Source: an uncultured bacterium (GTDB taxonomy: Bacteria; Fermentibacterota; Fermentibacteria; Fermentibacterales; JCC-6). From it: 47,244 nt of DNA. The position numbers were made by a program, and so were the translations under genes. The stretch lies in NCBI GenBank assembly GCA_964639605.1, contig CAZXEF010000001.1, forward strand, positions 1 to 47,244, written 5' to 3'. The notes beneath the pieces were generated by a model. The model made no database searches and was not told the origin of the DNA. It saw nothing but the letters and a program-made list of their open reading frames with translations. This document shows positions 44,252-47,244 of the stretch, piece by piece (position 1 is the stretch's first letter; every line of letters starts with the position of its first letter).

Positions 44252-44944
44252 ATGCGAGTAATAGGAAACCAGTTGGGGGGAGGGGTCAATCGACCCATAA
44301 CCAGCATAACTGAATTTACCTCAGTTTTGGCATCTCTGGTCGATGGAATAGCCTTTGTGTACTCGGATGTCGACCTATCGTCGTACGCGGGCACACAGAA
44401 GCTTACACTCATAGATTCGTCGGGGAAAAAAGCTGTCGGGTTCACTGGATCAATTGGAAGTGGGTTGACACTTGGAGAAGAACTTTTATCTAATGGGGAT
44501 TTTGAATCTGGTGGAACCGATTGGGTAGTGGGGGAAGGAGACAGGGCATGGACATTTAGTGATGGCAAAGCGTATGCTCCTGTGGATACTTATAAAAACT
44601 TAGATCAACTTAGTATATTCTCAACTGGATTATTTCAACTTGTTGTTGATATGGATGCTGAAGGCGGAGACGGGATTCAACTTGGACCTACGGCCAAAGT
44701 AACAGTGTTCACCGAATCAGCTACGAAATACTTTAGCTATATTTCCCCAAATTCCTCGTTCAGAGCGCAGAACAAAAGTGCCGATACGGGGTATCTTGAG
44801 AGCCTGTCAGTCAAGCAAGTAACCGAGCCTCCGGCAACGGGGCTTCTGATTGTATCAACAAGAGGGGGGTCAACGCGAAATTGGGCTAATATCGAGAGCG
44901 GGTTCGACCCCAACGATATTGCAGAGATAGAACTGGAGGGATAA
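44252..44944 (+). CDS. fibre-like protein with a CBM4/9-like opening motif
   Basis: Start is the ATG at 44252, 1 nt after the upstream stop. 'LSNGDFESGGTDWVVGEG' is the NGDFE.G...W signature seen in carbohydrate-binding and fibre domains. Confidence 0.5.
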   Translation: MRVIGNQLGGGVNRPITSITEFTSVLASLVDGIAFVYSDVDLSSYAGTQKLTLIDSSGKKAVGFTGSIGSGLTLGEELLSNGDFESGGTDWVVGEGDRAWTFSDGKAYAPVDTYKNLDQLSIFSTGLFQLVVDMDAEGGDGIQLGPTAKVTVFTESATKYFSYISPNSSFRAQNKSADTGYLESLSVKQVTEPPATGLLIVSTRGGSTRNWANIESGFDPNDIAEIELEG

Positions 44945-44945
44945 T

Positions 44946-45116
44946 ATGCCACTGCAAGCATGGAGAATAGGCGGAATAAATGGTGGAGCAGTTGAATATC
45001 AACCTTTAAATGACTGGCTGGCAGTAGTTAGCGGCGGGGTATTTCCTACTCCAACTCCTACTGCTGCAGCGAGAGCATACTTCGCGGCCACACAGGGACT
45101 GAGGCATGAATTGTAA
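44946..45116 (+). CDS. 56-aa hypothetical protein
   Basis: MPLQAWRIGGINGGAVEYQPLNDW.... Its ATG is 1 nt after the upstream stop, and its TAA overlaps the next ATG (TAATG). It is below the ORF-track cut-off. Confidence 0.5.
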   Translation: MPLQAWRIGGINGGAVEYQPLNDWLAVVSGGVFPTPTPTAAARAYFAATQGLRHEL

Positions 45117-45319
45117 TGTCAGAGACCTTAGAAAAATATACTGCCAATGGCAGAATTTATATCAGAGATGGCGGAAAGAAAGTCTACAAAAGTCATGTAG
45201 GGGAAAGTAATATTTCCAACGGATCCGAGGGTTTTGTTCCATTTCTTCTGCAAGGTACTGAGCTTAGAAATGCCGGTATAGACATTGACTTTCAGACTGA
45301 CAAGCAGAGGATATTATAA
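45116..45319 (+). CDS. hypothetical protein
   Basis: 67 aa, AT-rich. Confidence 0.5.
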   Translation: MSETLEKYTANGRIYIRDGGKKVYKSHVGESNISNGSEGFVPFLLQGTELRNAGIDIDFQTDKQRIL

Positions 45320-45321
45320 CT

Positions 45322-45864
45322 TTGGTAACAAACCCTGTAATTATTATATCTCCTCCGAGAAGCGGATCAAGTTTCGTGGCTAGGATTGTGAATGAATATT
45401 TCGGAGTATGTTTATATAGAACTACTCACGGAAAAACCCATGTCTGGCCCCGAGGTAGTTTTGAGGATGTTAAATTACATCAAGCGTGTAAGGAACTTAT
45501 AAATTCAGTATGCACACTTGAAGATCATTATAATTTTAATATGGAATATACTGAATTTATAAAAACAATGTCAAAACATAAAAAATGGGGATTTAAAGAG
45601 CCTCTATTGTGTTTTAAAATGAAAGAAATAGTTGAATCCTTTGATAATCCTACGTTGATAAGATGTTGGAGAGATAAAAAAACCACAGTACAAAGTATGC
45701 ATGATAGACTTGGATGGTCTTTAGAAGATGCTGATAAGAGATATGACTCTGATGACAATAGCATTAATGAGGCATTAAAGGGAAAGAAGCATTGTTTTAT
45801 AGATTTGTCAAATCGTATTAGTGGGACACAAATATTAACTAAATTAAATAGGTATTTACAATGA
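45322..45864 (+). CDS. sulfotransferase-like protein (second copy)
   Basis: TTG start. 'ISPPRSGSSFVARI' looks like a PAPS P-loop and 'CWRDKKTTVQS' matches RxxxxxxxS. AT-rich. Confidence 0.5.
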   Translation: MVTNPVIIISPPRSGSSFVARIVNEYFGVCLYRTTHGKTHVWPRGSFEDVKLHQACKELINSVCTLEDHYNFNMEYTEFIKTMSKHKKWGFKEPLLCFKMKEIVESFDNPTLIRCWRDKKTTVQSMHDRLGWSLEDADKRYDSDDNSINEALKGKKHCFIDLSNRISGTQILTKLNRYLQ

Positions 45865-47243
45865 AATTCAATCACTTAAAATGGGAAAAAGCAGGTAGAA
45901 CATTTGAAGTTACTGATGACTTGGATGTTGTTATACCTAATACTTATGCCTTCAGAAGTTCTCCTGGCGATGAAAATATATTGGATGGTAATGGAGAATA
46001 CCAACCATATGTCAAGGATGGCTTTCAGTTAAAATTTGGCAAAAGTAAAAATGTCTTAAGACTTGATCCCGACAGACAAACGATATCAAGGCTCGGTCAG
46101 GTTATATGCAACAAGTTCAAATTTGCTGTACAAGCATACATAGGCGGTGAATGGGTTACACAACCACATGGAACACCTGAAAGAGGTTTCAGAGATGGGG
46201 AAGTTTTCAGAGGGGAATGGGTAGAAAGAGAGAAGAAGTGTACCGGATACTTAACTTTTCCAGATGCTCATTTAAGCTTTGGTTCTCAAAATCCGTATGA
46301 TCTTGCCATTGGATTAGAAGCTGGTGGAAGTGGAGACAATATACATATTGGAGTTAGATTAAAGTCTCCGGTTGCAGGACAGGTAAGGATTATTGCTATA
46401 CTTGATGATTTACCTGACGATATAGAAATAATTCAGATTCAAAATTCTGGCGCCTTCGGTAATCCCATACGAACAATGGGTTTTAAAATAACTGATAAGT
46501 TTACATGGAGATGGGATTATGATGAAGCCGAAGAGAGAGAAATTGCAGTAATAGATAATGGCGATGGCACAAAGAAAATTAACATTATCATGGGGCCTTT
46601 CAACGTTGAGGCTGACGAATGGCTCTATATTTACCCAGACACTACTTATGGTCCTACAGAAGCCACAAGTGATGGATTTGAAACAGTTGGTGGATCTTGG
46701 TTTGATAATTATAGCGGTGTTATTTTTGTCGGTTCTTATGGAGGCGCGGCTTTTAATGCAGGATTACATTGGAGTTCTATATCTGTACCTGCTGGAGCAA
46801 CTGCCACAAACGGATGTAAAATTACTGTTAATAGTACAGGAACTACTGGATCAGGTGTTCAAGATGCTACTATTGAATTAGTTGATTCCAGGTCGCCGGC
46901 AGTATGGGGAGATACTAATAGACCTGTTGACGGAGTATTCCACTCTGATGCAGTTGCGTGGGACGGTTCGGACGGAGACTCATCTGAATTATCTACACTT
47001 TTTAATCACAGATTTAATGGAGATGAAGTTGCAGCAGCTCATCAAGAAAATGATCCTTGGGCTATAGCAATCCTTGAAAATAGTCCAAGTGGCTATGACT
47101 ATGTTGGTCTTGTTGCAGTGGAAAGTGGAGATGGAACCGAACTAACCATTGTTTATACACCTGCTGGGGGCGGAGGATCAATTATGAACCAACTTCAAGG
47201 GCCAAATTTAGGCTCTGATTTATTTAATGGAGTAATACAATGA
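45861..47243 (+). CDS. hypothetical large distal tail/fibre-module protein
   Basis: ATGA overlap at 45861. 460 aa, AT-rich. Its stop overlaps another ATG at 47240, so the next gene runs off the window. Confidence 0.55.
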   Translation: MKFNHLKWEKAGRTFEVTDDLDVVIPNTYAFRSSPGDENILDGNGEYQPYVKDGFQLKFGKSKNVLRLDPDRQTISRLGQVICNKFKFAVQAYIGGEWVTQPHGTPERGFRDGEVFRGEWVEREKKCTGYLTFPDAHLSFGSQNPYDLAIGLEAGGSGDNIHIGVRLKSPVAGQVRIIAILDDLPDDIEIIQIQNSGAFGNPIRTMGFKITDKFTWRWDYDEAEEREIAVIDNGDGTKKINIIMGPFNVEADEWLYIYPDTTYGPTEATSDGFETVGGSWFDNYSGVIFVGSYGGAAFNAGLHWSSISVPAGATATNGCKITVNSTGTTGSGVQDATIELVDSRSPAVWGDTNRPVDGVFHSDAVAWDGSDGDSSELSTLFNHRFNGDEVAAAHQENDPWAIAILENSPSGYDYVGLVAVESGDGTELTIVYTPAGGGGSIMNQLQGPNLGSDLFNGVIQ

Positions 47244-47244
47244 A

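Noticed and set aside
1-47244. A search for lysogeny or mobility functions (integrase, repressor/Cro pair, transposase, att-like repeats) and for CRISPR arrays.
   Set aside because: No tyrosine or serine recombinase motifs, no DDE signatures and no regularly spaced direct repeats were seen. The only mobile element supported is the intein.

Overview
The window is a contiguous, densely coding ~47 kb piece of a tailed dsDNA phage or prophage genome. I saw no rRNA, tRNA, CRISPR array, integrase or transposase. There are three transcription blocks. (i) 1-9748, rightward, replication and nucleotide metabolism: DUF4326-like protein, HD hydrolase, J-domain protein, family-4 UDG fused to a PolA-type polymerase, a PurA-family synthetase with PurZ-like features split by a 154-aa mini-intein, a protein with a DUF5664/MazZ-like C-terminal domain, and an AT-rich DHH/DHHA1 phosphoesterase. 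(ii) 9791-16313, leftward, small mostly unknown genes: Cys-rich and Zn-ribbon proteins, a SAM methyltransferase, and DUF932. This block is served by three exact-consensus sigma54 (-24/-12) promoters, each with a pair of upstream TGTGGT-N6-RCCACA palindromes at fixed distance and a conserved GC hairpin, plus one sigma70 promoter. (iii) 16709-47243, rightward, packaging and virion genes: TerS-like HTH, TerL, portal, scaffold, major capsid, beta-helix protein, two sulfotransferase-like genes, large tail proteins, a CBM-bearing mosaic fibre, a 2359-aa virion protein and AT-rich distal genes. The gene order looks podovirus-like. The two headline observations are a phage gene block apparently wired to host sigma54 with its own enhancer-like sites, and a candidate diaminopurine (Z-base) genome module (HD hydrolase, PolA, PurZ-like, MazZ-like) in which the PurZ-like gene carries an intein. 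All functional calls come from motif recognition by eye and gene order. No database search was run.
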